NCBI GenBank assembly: GCA_950097015.1
Contig: CATNEN010000010.1
Span: forward strand, 682,001-746,000
DNA from: Macrostomum hystrix
Lineage: Eukaryota; Animalia; Platyhelminthes
Reading direction: 5' to 3'
Length of the DNA stretch: 64,000 nt
This document shows positions 63,764-64,000 of the stretch, one piece after another; the first letter of the stretch is position 1; the number at the start of each line of letters is the position of its first letter. The notes beneath the pieces are model-generated. The model was not told where the DNA came from and did not search any database. It saw only the letters and a list, made by a program, of their open reading frames with translations. The position numbers and the translations under genes are program-made.

Positions 63764-64000
63764 TCACTGCTTTGGGAAGAAATTGAACGTGCAATTCTGG
63801 ATGTGGCCAGAGACGTATAATGGCGCTGAAACAGACGTCTCATGCAGGTCACCTGCACTTGAGACGTTGCCGCCGCTCTCCGTGACCACGCTGTCTGGCT
63901 CGACGTTGTCCATCGTCTGCCCGAACGTTGACAGGGCCAGGATCATTTTCTCCACAACTGAGCAATCGCGTCTTTTGTTCACGTCCATGGATTCAGTTCG
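63764..64000 (-). other. 3' end of an ORF running out of the window; possibly the C-terminal tail of a Crypton-like tyrosine-recombinase gene
   Basis: RTESMDVNKRRDCSVV, a low-complexity linker, then GHIQNCTFNF. Such NC-t-F-N-F tails are recalled from Crypton-type proteins, but the catalytic domain is not in view. Confidence 0.3.

Overview
Eukaryotic (animal) genomic DNA: GC-rich spliced exons sit in AT-richer, repeat-laden introns and intergenic DNA. The style suggests an invertebrate such as a free-living flatworm like Macrostomum (inference only). Supported host genes: a divergent two-exon Ser/Thr kinase (-), a coiled-coil protein with a C-terminal death domain (+), ACAT1-type thiolase (-), MPP10 (-), a GABA-B-like class C GPCR (+), glycyl-tRNA synthetase (+) and three METTL27/WBSCR27-like methyltransferase paralogs (-). 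Many larger introns carry their own minisatellite. In at least two cases the repeat unit contains the splice site itself, including eight tandem copies of a 5' splice donor. The main accessory region (~17.8-22.5 kb) is a decayed Polinton/Maverick (adintovirus-like) element. It has a major-capsid-like remnant split by a 343-bp MITE (AAG TSD) and a parvovirus-type phospholipase A2 gene split by an RTE-group LINE. Removing the LINE and one copy of its 7-bp TSD rebuilds the PIN-x-x-DxxAxxHDxxY catalytic motif. Also present: a Gypsy gag/integrase deletion derivative, solo-LTR-like segments, two tRNA-derived SINE families, mariner, L1/Tx1 and DIRS-like fragments, a 4.1-kb 45-bp satellite and a nearly intact Jockey/I-group LINE. 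All family assignments come from motif recognition by eye; no database search was run.
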